DNA of 63,473 nt, counting the filler, from Octopus bimaculoides (lineage: Eukaryota), in NCBI RefSeq assembly GCF_001194135.2. It is 7 parts of 7 records of this genome, joined end to end, with 100 filler letters (N's around TTAATTAATTAA, not from the genome) between each part and the next. Parts side by side here need not be neighbours in the genome. Positions count along the whole stretch, not along the records: positions 33,775 to 45,393 come from NC_069002.1; positions 45,494 to 50,097 come from NC_068997.1; 5 more parts are not named here. One strand, 5' to 3'. The translations under genes were made by a program, and so were the position numbers. Positions 37,161 through 48,289 of this stretch are shown one piece after another. Under the pieces are notes generated by a model. That model did not search any database. It worked only from the letters and a program-made list of their open reading frames with translations, and was not told where the DNA came from. Numbering within the stretch: position 1 is the stretch's first letter; the number at the start of each line of letters is the position of its first letter.

Positions 37161-38037
37161 CTTTCCGTATTCCCGAGCGTCATACTAATATATACTTTTG
37201 TTATTTACACCACCTGTCCTCGTCTGTTGTTATTTTTTGTATATTCTCCCATATATATATATATATANNNNNNNNNNNNNNNNNNNNNNNNNNNNNNNNN
37301 NNNNNNNNNNNNNNNNNNNNNNNNNNNNNNNNNNNNNNNNNNNNNNNNNNNNNNNNNNNNNNNNNNNNNNNNNNNNNNNNNNNNNNNNNNNNNNNNNNNN
37401 NNNNNNNNNNNNNNNNNNNNNNNNNNNNNNNNNNNNNNNNNNNNNNNNNNNNNNNNNNNNNNNNNNNNNNNNNNNNNNNNNNNNNNNNNNNNNNNNNNNN
37501 NNNNNNNNNNNNNNNNNNNNNNNNNNNNNNNNNNNNNNNNNNNNNNNNNNNNNNNNNNNNNNNNNNNNNNNNNNNNNNNNNNNNNNNNNNNNNNNNNNNN
37601 NNNNNNNNNNNNNNNNNNNNNNNNNNNNNNNNNNNNNNNNNNNNNNNNNNNNNNNNNNATATATATATAAAATACACGCATGGCGCTCAGATACACTAGC
37701 ACTTACACGCACGCACACACGCCCACACATACATATACGCATATACTAGCACGCACACACAGATGCACTCTTATATGTACAGTTACGCACACGTACCCCC
37801 AGACACACACAGACACACACACACACACACATGATTAATAACTTGAAAAGTCTAAAACGATAGCGTAGGAAAACCGTCAGCAAAACCCCCGCCCCGTCCA
37901 TCTTCGTTAGTCACACTCCATCTGCCGACAGTCTATACCTTGATGTTGCTCTTACCGCCCTCTTCGTGGTCCCCATATACCTCACGCCCAGCAACAACAA
38001 TATTCGTGTCTTTAGTGTGAGGCCGATACAAGAGTTT

Positions 38038-38179
38038 ACAGTCGTCATCATCGCCATCATCATCATCACTATCATCATAATCGTCGTCGTCGTCATCGTC
38101 ATCGGCGTCATCATCATCATCATCATCATCATCATCAATATCTATATCATCGTCGTCGTGGTCGTCATCATCATCGTCG

Positions 38180-38220
<41 letters not shown>

Positions 38221-38227
38221 GTCGTCG

Positions 38228-38265
<38 letters not shown>

Positions 38266-38308
38266 GTCGTCGTCAATATCATCATCATCATCATCATCAT
38301 CATCGTCG

Positions 38309-38343
<35 letters not shown>

Positions 38344-38350
38344 GTCGTCG

Positions 38351-38385
<35 letters not shown>

Positions 38386-38419
38386 GTCGTCATCATCATC
38401 ATCATCATCATCGTCGTCG

Positions 38420-38451
<32 letters not shown>

Positions 38452-38485
38452 GTCGTCATCATCATCATCATCATCATCGTCGTCG

Positions 38486-38520
<35 letters not shown>

Positions 38521-38521
38521 G
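38038..38521. repeat. Compound (CAT)n/(CGT)n trinucleotide array, about 480 bp
   Basis: Seen directly in the sequence. Confidence 0.95.
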
Positions 38522-38619
38522 TTTCGAATAGTTACTGTGCTTTTATTTCCGTTTGAACTTCCGTCGCTGATTCTTCGACAATAAACAACGCTAACAATAG
38601 GAGCAGATTGATAATGGAC

Positions 38620-38661
38620 AGAAAGAAAGGGAAAGATGGACAGGAAACTGAATAACTGAGG

Positions 38662-38696
<35 letters not shown>

Positions 38697-38902
38697 GACA
38701 AGGGAGAGAGAGAAACGGAAAGGGAGTGAGGGAATGGGAGGGAATGGGGGGAGAGTGGGTGAAAATATAGAAAAAGGTGATACAACTGAAAGAGTGAGAG
38801 ACAGAGAGAGAGAAAGAAAGAGAGAGTGAGAGAGCGAAGGAAAATAGAATGGTCAGTGATGAGACAGAGAAGAGTGAGTGAGAGAGATAGACTGAGGAGG
38901 AC

Positions 38903-38950
<48 letters not shown>

Positions 38951-39137
38951 TTGTGAAGAAAAAGAGGAAGAGAGAGAGAGATAGAGAGGGAGAGCAGGAG
39001 CTTAGGGAAAGAAAGAGGGAAGAAAGAGACAAACGAACCAAGGAAAACAAAGAAAGGAAAAACAGAAAACGATAAGAAAGTACGATGAGGGAAGTGACGA
39101 GAGAGGAATGATATATATATATAAGAAGAGAGAGAGA

Positions 39138-39179
<42 letters not shown>

Positions 39180-39348
39180 GTCCAGCATGTGTGTGAGAGA
39201 AAGAAAAAAGAGAAATGACACACAGACAGACAGACAGACAATCAGATAGGGTGAGAGAAAGTGACAGCAAGAGAGAAAGAGAGAGTAAGAAGAGAGAGGG
39301 AGAGAAGAATTGTGCCAGAAAATGTGTGTGATTTTCTGTGTGTGTATC

Positions 39349-39390
<42 letters not shown>
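38620..39390. repeat. GA-rich polypurine tract followed by (TG)n
   Basis: Seen directly in the sequence. Confidence 0.9.
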
Positions 39391-40440
39391 CGTTCGACAG
39401 CAAAATCCTCTTAAACTAAACAAGTATGTCTAGACAGGCTTTTAAACATCAAAAAGTTCAAGACAGAAATAATTATGGCTTTTAGTGAGAAATGTGTTCA
39501 TTCTAGCTTGTAGATTATATTTCCAACATTATATATTCCTCTGTGTACGGCAGCAGCAATTCCACTTTCNNNNNNNNNNNNNNNNNNNNNNNNNNNNNNN
39601 NNNNNNNNNNNNNNNNNNNNNNNNNNNNNNNNNNNNNNNNNNNNNNNNNNNNNNNNNNNNNNNNNNNNNNNNNNNNNNNNNNNNNNNNNNNNNNNNNNNN
39701 NNNNNNNNNNNNNNNNNNNNNNNNNNNNNNNNNNNNNNNNNNNNNNNNNNNNNNNNNNNNNNNNNNNNNNNNNNNNNNNNNNNNNNNNNNNNNNNNNNNN
39801 NNNNNNNNNNNNNNNNNNNNNNNNNNNNNNNNNNNNNNNNNNNNNNNNNNNNNNNNNNNNNNNNNNNNNNNNNNNNNNNNNNNNNNNNNNNNNNNNNNNN
39901 NNNNNNNNNNNNNNNNNNNNNNNNNNNNNNNNNNNNNNNNNNNNNNNNNNNNNNNNNNNNNNNNNNNNNNNNNNNNNNNNNNNNNNNNNNNNNNNNNNNN
40001 NNNNNNNNNNNNNNNNNNNNNNNNNNNNNNNNNNNNNNNNNNNNNNNNNNNNNNNNNNNNNNNNNNNNNNNNNNNNNNNNNNATATATACGTACACACAT
40101 ATTTAGAAATTTAGATATTTAGATATTTAGAAAAATAAAAAAGAAAAGGCTTTTTCCAGTTATTTGTAAGAGATTTGGTTCCAAAATTTATTATAGTCAA
40201 ATAATTTCAAAATATCTTTTTAAAGAATTCTAATTCCGTAATTACAAAAATATATCAATGTACATAATTTCACACCGGTTTCTTTTCTTACAGGAAATAT
40301 TCATTACAATGTTTGTGAGTAATGACTTGCTAGTAACTTTTATTTAATGCATACACACACGCTCACATGTTTATATGCGCTTATAAAACGAAATATTATC
40401 CTGTTTTCAAATGGTAATCAGATTCCCTTTCTTTCTGCAG

Positions 40441-40653
40441 GAGCACTTTATCTGGACAAAACTTTTGGGCCGCAAAAAGTGGACGATATGGTACCACCCG
40501 GTGAACACTATCTGTATTCTTGGAATATCACAGAAAATTTCGCCCCTGCCAGAGATGATGAGAATTGTATAGCCTGGGCCTACCACTCGCACGTTCTAAC
40601 CACCAGGGATGCGAACACCGGACTTATTGGTCCGCTCATTACATGCAAAGCAG
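40441..40653 (+). CDS. HEPH: Hephaestin-like exon 3
   Basis: ctgcag|GA...GCA G|gtaaaa, 213 nt, phase 1-1. ALYLDKTFGPQKVDDMVPPGEHYLYSWNITENFAPARDDENCIAWAYHSHVLTTRDANTGLIGPLITCKA contains the YHSH Cu motif. Confidence 0.95.
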
Positions 40654-40699
40654 GTAAAAGATAACAGTAGCACTTCTTTGAAACCTCCACATCACCACC

Positions 40700-41270
40700 A
40701 ATGGGGTTGTAGTTATTTGTATCATCGTCTGCAACAACGTTTTTATAGCTGGTAACGCCTACATGGCCATCACATCATCACCATACATTTGGGACACTTG
40801 ACAGCAAGAGGTCTAGTTTCGTCCACCCCATGTAGGTCTCTCAGGTCTTTAGGAGGGATATTAAAGGATTGTGGGCCTTTAAAGCCCAGGCTATTGCAAT
40901 ATTTTGATGGCAAAGTTGGAGTCTTAGGCACTATGCAGTGTTGCCCTATTCAAGCATTGTCCCAAAGTTTGGGACAAGTCACTCTAGAATATTCCAGATA
41001 TATATTATGGCATATCTTTCCTGCCTACGCTCTACAGAATAGTGCCTCAATCTCTTGAATCTTTCCCAGTAGCTTATATGCTGGATAGAAGCTACCTTCT
41101 TCATGTAGCTCTGTTGGATTGCCTCAAGTTCTGCAATTAAGCAATTAATTTTACACTGGTTGGTGGTCATAGCTGGGAGCAATAGTCAAAGTGGCTTAGG
41201 ACAAGTGACCTCCTGAAGACAATCATGTTTTGTTGATCTCTCGTTTTGAAAGTTCTAAGAATGCATCTAT
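40700..41270 (-). mobile_element. CR1/L2-clade LINE 3' fragment in hephaestin-like intron 3
   Basis: ELEAIQQSYMKK...SYWERFKRLRHYSVERRQERYAIIYIWNIL...NSLGFKGPQSFN. Confidence 0.8.
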
Positions 41271-41446
41271 ATATATTTGAGACATCGGATGTCATATTTC
41301 AGTGTTGCAGTCCATAACGAACTGTTCTAACTAGCTAAGCGCTTCCAAAGAGCCGTGTATGTACATGAGTGTGTGTGTATGTATGTGTGTGTGTATGTAA
41401 AAGCATATAATACCTTGTATCTCTTATAAGACAATCCTCGTTGCAG

Positions 41447-41780
41447 GTGTACTGGACGCCAATGGAAACCGACTCGATGTCAAACAAGAATTCGTGTTGT
41501 TGACTAAACTATTTGACGAGAACAAAAGCTGGTATCTCAGGGACAACCTGAAGAAATGTGGTAATCCAAAGTCCTGCTATGCCGAACATCGATCCCATGA
41601 CCCTGATTTTATACAGTCCAATCTACTATATACTATTAATGGATATACCTTTGGCAACGGACCCGATTTTTCTACCTGCACCGGAACCACTATAGCTTGG
41701 CACATCATGGGCATGGGAAGTAATTCAGATTTGCATTCGATTCATATTGAGGGACAGGTTTTCCAGAAAGATCAACATAC
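41447..41780 (+). CDS. HEPH: Hephaestin-like exon 4
   Basis: ttgcag|GT...CAT AC|gtatga, 334 nt, phase 1 to 2. VLDANGNRLDVKQEFVLLTKLFDENKSWYL...INGYTFGN...WHIMGMGSNSDLHSIHIEGQVFQKDQH. Confidence 0.95.
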
Positions 41781-42099
41781 GTATGAATTTTCTTTATGGT
41801 TTCCTTTATATAATTTAATTTTGATGGGTTTTTTTTGTGTATTACTTCTACATATCTTTTTTTCTAGTTCCAGTAAACACTCTTTTCTCCGGTACCGCTG
41901 CAATGCAACCATTAGTCCGCCGGGTGAAGGATAAGAAACAATCGATTTGAGATACAGCAGACAATTTTTTTTCTTTTGGCACAAAATAGCACAAATTTCC
42001 TTGACCACGAAGGATGAAAGGCAGCGTCGACTTGTATTCAGAGCGTTAAGAGCGGAAGAAATACCGCAAAGCATTTTATCCGACTCCCTGACGCCCCTG

Positions 42100-42313
42100 C
42101 CTGTTCCACGCTGGGCTCTAGGCCTGAAATTTTGTGGGGCGGGAATAGACAATTACGTCGACCTCAGGGTTCGACTAATACTTATTTTATCGACCTGGAA
42201 TGGATGAAAGGCAGAGCTGACGTCGGTGGAATTTGAACTCAGAACGCAAAGACGGACGAAATGCCGCTAAGTATTTTGTCCAGCGTGCTAAGGAGTCTGC
42301 CAGTTCGCTGCCT
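42100..42313 (-). mobile_element. SINE family B, diverged copy
   Basis: Reverse-complement match to 36038-36200. Confidence 0.75.
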
Positions 42314-42596
42314 TAACAACAACAACAATCACAATCTTTTCTACTATAGGCACAAGACGTGAAATTAGCAGAAAAAGGATAAACTATTACATCGAATCCA
42401 GTACATGACTTTTGCTTTATTTTATCGACCTCGAAACGATAACAGTCGAAGTTAACCTTAATGGTATTTCTTTATCATTCAACCCTCAAAGTTTCGACTA
42501 ACGAGACAAATACTTACAAGAAAAAAAATATATATTTTTGTTCTTCCTCTTAATGAATTCATTTAATTTATTAATGCATTGTTCTTTGTACAATAG

Positions 42597-42706
42597 AGTA
42601 GACACCATCCGAGTGGCACCAGCCGTGTTTAAAACATCAGCTATGCGTGTTTCTCAACACCCAGGATCATGGCTCATTAGCTGTCAAATTGCACATCATT
42701 TCACAA
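42597..42706 (+). CDS. HEPH: Hephaestin-like exon 5
   Basis: caatag|A GTA...ACA A|gtaagc, 110 nt, phase 2 to 1. VDTIRVAPAVFKTSAMRVSQHPGSWLISCQIAHHFT carries the type-1 Cu Cys and His ligands. Confidence 0.93.
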
Positions 42707-42914
42707 GTAAGCAGTTGCATTTTGTTCAAAATAAATACTTAAATGAGTCATAATTATTTTTACGTTTATATTTTATGTACATATGTAAATCGTCATATGC
42801 ACAGTTAGTAACAATGTAATCATAGATTTTAATGTTGTTGTTCACCGTTCCTATAACGATTTATTATCAGTTTGTACATACCAACACGGGGCGGAATCGC
42901 AGATCGGTGGCTAT

Positions 42915-42959
42915 CGGACGCTGACGAAGGGAAATAACCCTGAAACTCGAGTCCGTTCG
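42915..42959 (+). ncRNA. Type-I minimal hammerhead ribozyme motif, apparently intact
   Basis: CGGACG-CTGACGA-AGGG[AAATAA]CCCT-GAA-ACTCGAGT-C-CGTTCG. Full core, 4-bp stem II, palindromic stem III, GUC site (cleavage after 42953), 6-bp stem I with one GU pair. Confidence 0.8.
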
Positions 42960-43220
42960 TGCTACAGATCACGATGAGAGGGATAACTTCCCTTGGCAAA
43001 ACAAACAGGACACAGAAGTGTGTCGATAAGCCAGCTGGAGGAGATGTCCTCCTGGGGCTAAAAGCAACAGTAACATCCACCCCTAGGGGTCAGCCACATT
43101 TAAGTGGCAATATACTTCACTTTATCGTGCAGTTACTGTTAATACCTCGTTNNNNNNNNNNNNNNNNNNNNNNNNNNNNNNNNNNNNNNNNNNNNNNNNN
43201 NNNNNNNNNNNNNNNNNNNN

Positions 43221-43251
<31 letters not shown>

Positions 43252-43335
43252 CCGCTTACTTTATCCTTGTTTTTGCTGTAGTATTGCTGATGGCTTATAT
43301 ATTTCTACATCTGGTCATCTATACTTTTTTTCTAG

Positions 43336-43513
43336 GTGGAATGTTAGCCTATTTGAACAGTCAAAAATGTGAGTCTGACTGGCTACACGACAGTGTAACC
43401 AGCCATTCACCTGTTAGTCGGACTTACTTCCTGTCTGTCGAGGAAGTTGTATGGGATTACGCCCCTTCTGGAATGGATCTCTTTCTTGGAGGTCGACTGG
43501 ATCGTAATGGAAG
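43336..43513 (+). CDS. HEPH: Hephaestin-like exon 6 (end of domain 2, start of domain 3); later exons not found
   Basis: ttctag|GT GGA ATG...GGA AG|gttcgt, 178 nt, phase 1 to 2. GMLAYLNSQKCESD...RTYFLSVEEVVWDYAPSGMDLFLGGRLDRNG. Confidence 0.93.
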
Positions 43514-43585
43514 GTTCGTGAGAAATTGAACAGTCTTGTTGTTTTAGCTTCTGTTTCTCTTTATTTTTGCCTGGGTTACTAGTTA

Positions 43586-43586
43586 G

Positions 43587-43666
<80 letters not shown>

Positions 43667-43680
43667 GTCTGTCTATCTAT
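43586..43680. repeat. (TCTA)n tetranucleotide microsatellite
   Basis: Seen directly in the sequence. Confidence 0.95.
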
Positions 43681-44174
43681 TTGTCTGCTTGACAGTCCCT
43701 CTGTTGTTTGTCTGCTATAAGTCTATCTACCTACCGACCTAACCATGTGTAAAGGCTCACACACATATATGTATGTGTGTGTATGCGCGTATTTATATAC
43801 ATATATGATAATACAAATGATATGTGAGCATATGCATATATACATACATATATGTACATACCTACATCTACATGTATATATATAGATGCATATCCGAGTA
43901 CAGGACGTAAGAAAAAAAAACGTGTACAAAAAAGGAACGGGAACATAAACAAAGCACAAAAAACGGATTTTTTTTACGGACAACAGAATGAACACATAGG
44001 AAAACAGGGGTAAAATTAATTAATTAATTAATCAATCGATTACTGTCTGAGACATTTTTATGGTAGCAGAAAAGGCATTTTAATTCCTATTTCTAACTTC
44101 GGTGCGTGGCGAAGCAATTAGCCGACCCCTGATTATAATTAGGTTTATAATTACCGAATATGTGTATATATATA

Positions 44175-44207
<33 letters not shown>

Positions 44208-45858
44208 NNNNNNNNNNNNNNNNNNNNNNNNNNNNNNNNNNNNNNNNNNNNNNNNNNNNNNNNNNNNNNNNNNNNNNNNNNNNNNNNNNNNNNNNNNNNN
44301 NNNNNNNNNNNNNNNNNNNNNNNNNNNNNNNNNNNNNNNNNNNNNNNNNNNNNNNNNNNNNNNNNNNNNNNNNNNNNNNNNNNNNNNNNNNNNNNNNNNN
44401 NNNNNNNNNNNNNNNNNNNNNNNNNNNNNNNNNNNNNNNNNNNNNNNNNNNNNNNNNNNNNNNNNNNNNNNNNNNNNNNNNNNNNNNNNNNNNNNNNNNN
44501 NNNNNNNNNNNNNNNNNNNNNNNNNNNNNNNNNNNNNNNNNNNNNNNNNNNNNNNNNNNNNNNNNNNNNNNNNNNNNNNNNNNNNNNNNNNNNNNNNNNN
44601 NNNNNNNNNNNNNNNNNNNNNNNNNNNNNNNNNNNNNNNNNNNNNNNNNNNNNNNNNNNNNNNNNNNNNNNNNNNNNNNNNNNNNNNNNNNNNNNNNNNN
44701 NNNNNNNNNNNNNNNNNNNNNNNNNNNNNNNNNNNNNNNNNNNNNNNNNNNNNNNNNNNNNNNNNNNNNNNNNNNNNNNNNNNNNNNNNNNNNNNNNNNN
44801 NNNNNNNNNNNNNNNNNNNNNNNNNNNNNNNNNNNNNNNNNNNNNNNNNNNNNNNNNNNNNNNNNNNNNNNNNNNNNNNNNNNNNNNNNNNNNNNNNNNN
44901 NNNNNNNNNNNNNNNNNNNNNNNNNNNNNNNNNNNNNNNNNNNNNNNNNNNNNNNNNNNNNNNNNNNNNNNNNNNNGAAAAGAAGATAAGTGAGAGAGGA
45001 GCAGGCGGAGAATAGTTAAAAAGAGAGAGGGGGAGGGGTGAAATATGTTCGAATGTGAAAAGAATTGAAGGTAAGAGGGTTGAGGTGGGAGAAGTTGATT
45101 GCTCGTAGGTGGTGAATATATTTGTGTCTCTGTGTGTATGAGTGAGGTGTGTGTATGTGGTATGCGTGTGTGTGTGTGTGTGTATACGTATGCATGTATA
45201 TATACATACACTATGTATATATGTATGTATATACACACATGTGTAGATGTAAGTATGTACATATATGTGGGTATACATGCATACATATTCTTTGTATTAT
45301 TATATCATCGAACACTACGCGTCCATTTGCAAGTAAGTTTTGACTTTTTATAGACATATATATATATATATATATATACATACATATATATATNNNNNNN
45401 NNNNNNNNNNNNNNNNNNNNNNNNNNNNNNNNNNNNNTTAATTAATTAANNNNNNNNNNNNNNNNNNNNNNNNNNNNNNNNNNNNNNNNNNNNTATATAT
45501 TTATATACATAATTTAGATAATCAAAAAATGGAAAAAACATTAGATCAACAAAGCAAATCAACTGGACCACATCTCTACATTATTTTTAACACCAAACGA
45601 GACATAACATTTATGTGACATAACAATTCTTGCAGCCGTTTCTGCTTCTTCCAATGTCAGTCAGTATCTATGAAAGAATTCCGAAAATCATATTCTTCAT
45701 CTTCATAGGATATTTGGACTACAACATGGAGCTTCATCAGAGTGAATACAAAATCGTCCAAAAAGTAAACGAAAGGAAGAGATAATAGGAAATAAAACAT
45801 GGCCTAGAGAAATATCTTGTAGGCCTAATATATTAAAATCATACCATCTTCCATCATA

Positions 45859-47172
45859 GTGCTTCAAAGTCAGTAGGAAAAAGAATGATCTAGCAATGGT
45901 CTTCGGAAAACATTTTCCGGTTCTTTCCATATAAAGGGGGCACCAAGAGGTTTTAAACTTTGCATCACAGGGCTTCGAAGTCTGTAGGCAACAGAGTGAT
46001 CTGGCAATTGTCCAGGGAAAATATTTTCGGATTATTTGCATATGAAGGGGGCACCGAGATGTTTTAAAAGTTGCATCATAGGGTTTCGAAGTCAGTAAGC
46101 AAAAGAGTGAGCTAGCAATGGTCAAGGGAAAATATTTTCGGGTTATGTCTATATAAAGGGGGCACCAAGATGTTTTAAAAGTTGCATCATAAGGCTTCGG
46201 AGTCAGTAGGCAAAAGAGTGATGTACAATGGTCTAGGGAAAATATTTTCGGGTTATTTCTATGTAAAGGGCGCACCAAGATGTTTTAAAAAGTAGCCTAA
46301 TAGGGCTTCGAAGTCAGTACTTAAAGGAGTGATCTAGCAATGGTATAGTGAAAACATTTTCGCGTTAGTTCCTTATAAAGGAGGCACGAAAATGCTTTAA
46401 AAGTTGTATCATAGTGCTTCGAAGTCAGTACTCAAAGGAGTGATCTAGCAATGGTCTAGCGATAACATTTTCGGGGTATTTCCATATAAAGGTGGCACCA
46501 GGATATTTTAAAAGTTGCATCATAGGGCTTCGAATTCAGTACTCAAAGCAGTGATCTGGCAATAGACTAGGGAAACCATTTTCGGCTTATTTCCATATAA
46601 AGGGGGCACGAAGATGCTTTAAAAGTTGCATTATGGGGTTTCGAAGTCAGTAGGCAAAAGATTGATCAAAAATGGACTAGGGAAAATATTTTCAGCTTAC
46701 TTCCATATAAAGTAGGCACCACGATGTCTTAAAACTTCCATCATAGGACTTTGAAGAAAGAGTGATCTAGCAATGCACTACAGAAAACATTTTCGGGTTA
46801 TTTCTATATAAAGGGGGCACCAAGATGTTTTAAAAGTTGCATCATAGGGCTTTGAGGTCAGTAGTAAAAAGAGTGATCTAGCAATGGTCAAGGGAAAACA
46901 TTTTCGGGTTATTTCCATATAAAGGAGGCACCAAGATGAATTGAAAGTTGCATCATAGGGCTTTGAAGTCAGTAGGCATAAGAGTGATCAAGCAATTGTC
47001 TAGGGAAAACATTTTCGGGTTACTTCCACGGAAAGTGGGAACCAAGATGTTTTAAAAGTTGCATCATAGGGCTTCGAAGTCAGTAGGCAAAAAATTGATC
47101 TGACAATGATCTAGGGAAAAAATTTCGGCTTATTTCCATATAAAGAGGGAACCAAGTTGTTTAAAAGTTGTG
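45859..47172. repeat. 111-bp tandem satellite, about 12 copies
   Basis: Unit GGGCTTCGAAGTCAGTAGGCAAAAGAGTGATCTAGCAATGG...AAAAGTTGCATCATA recurs at 45859, 45970, 46081, 46192, 46303, 46414, 46525, 46636, 46747, 46847 (after a shortened unit), 46958 and 47069. Confidence 0.95.
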
Positions 47173-48077
47173 AAAAGAAGTTAGCAAAACAATTTACAAG
47201 AACTTTACTAACATATCTAGAAAGAGAGCAGTAAATATGTTATCGTAAATATTGCTAGCTAATATTTATCCAAAACAATACCGTAGGTTTCTTTTGATAG
47301 TGTACTTACTGAAGTATTAAAAGAGAATACCACTTGTTGTCCGCAATGGGATAGACTGAAGTCTTTCCATCTCTACAAGTGGTTCATTATATTTGAACCA
47401 AGAGCAAAGGATAAAACTGTTTCAAAAGATATGTAATTAAAAGAAAAATAAGTAAATAAAGGGTGCGAGGGAGATGACTATGATATAAGTGGTACGAGGC
47501 CGCTTATGGCCTTCTGCAACTTCTCGACATAACATAAATAAGAATAAATAAATAGATAAATACAGTCAGACAAAATACTATAATTTCTGGTAGTTAAGGG
47601 GAGACAACTAGTACAGATTCTACATAAGAATATATAAAGAAAACTTCCAAAAATAATGTTAGATTTTACATCTTAGCAAATAAAATTCGAGTGGTGGTAA
47701 TAGTGGACAAAGAAGTAAATGTGTACACGTACATGTGTATGTGTGCAAGCGTGTTGCGCGGGTGGGTGTGTGTGTGTGTGTGTGTGTGTGTGCGAACGTG
47801 TATGCGGGTATGTATATATTTTTTGGCGAATGCGTGGTTGAACATGTGAGTGTTTCAAGTGAGGGTGGATGAGGATATACATATAGGCGCATGTACGTGG
47901 GTGTGTGGGCGCGCATGTGTATGTATGGACTGGTGTGCTTACGCGAATACTATGGAATTTTTACTCCCTCCGCTCACTTAGCGGTCATTCTAATAACTCT
48001 TTTGTCTTAATAACGGTCAATCACAGTAATTTCCCTTTGTTTAACGGTCATTTTCATTGCATTGTTTTCAATGGCCA

Positions 48078-48138
48078 GATAACTGAAGAGAAAGCGGCGC
48101 AGGTTTCTGCCCCGACATCCGAAACTCGGAGTTTTATC
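48078..48138 (+). ncRNA. Type-I hammerhead ribozyme motif with extended stem II
   Basis: GATAA-CTGAAGA-G[...GGCGCAGGTTTCTGCCCC...]C-GAA-ACTCGGAGT-T-TTATC. Perfect 5-bp stem I, intact core, GUU site. Confidence 0.6.
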
Positions 48139-48289
48139 ATGGCTACCGAATAATTGTCACATATTATTTACAGATGAATATATATATGTATATATGTGTA
48201 TGTACATATGTACATGTTTATATGTATATATATGTATAGGCGCAGGAGTGGCTGTGTGGTAAGTAGCTTGCTTTCCAAATTTGTGTTGG

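Noticed and set aside
37933-39423. 496-aa ORF with poly-Asp, and overlapping poly-Met/Ile ORFs
   Set aside because: These are translations of (CAT/CGT)n and GA microsatellites. The array is antisense in a hephaestin intron and has no domain content.
45620-45665. Hammerhead-like CTGACTGA...GAAACGGCTGCA on the minus strand
   Set aside because: The core spacing is wrong and neither stem I nor stem II pairs.
45703-46278. 191-aa Cys-containing repeat protein
   Set aside because: It is a by-product of the 111-bp satellite; neighbouring units carry in-frame stops and indels.
45859-47172. CRISPR-like array
   Set aside because: The units are contiguous diverged repeats with no unique spacers, in a eukaryotic context with no cas genes.
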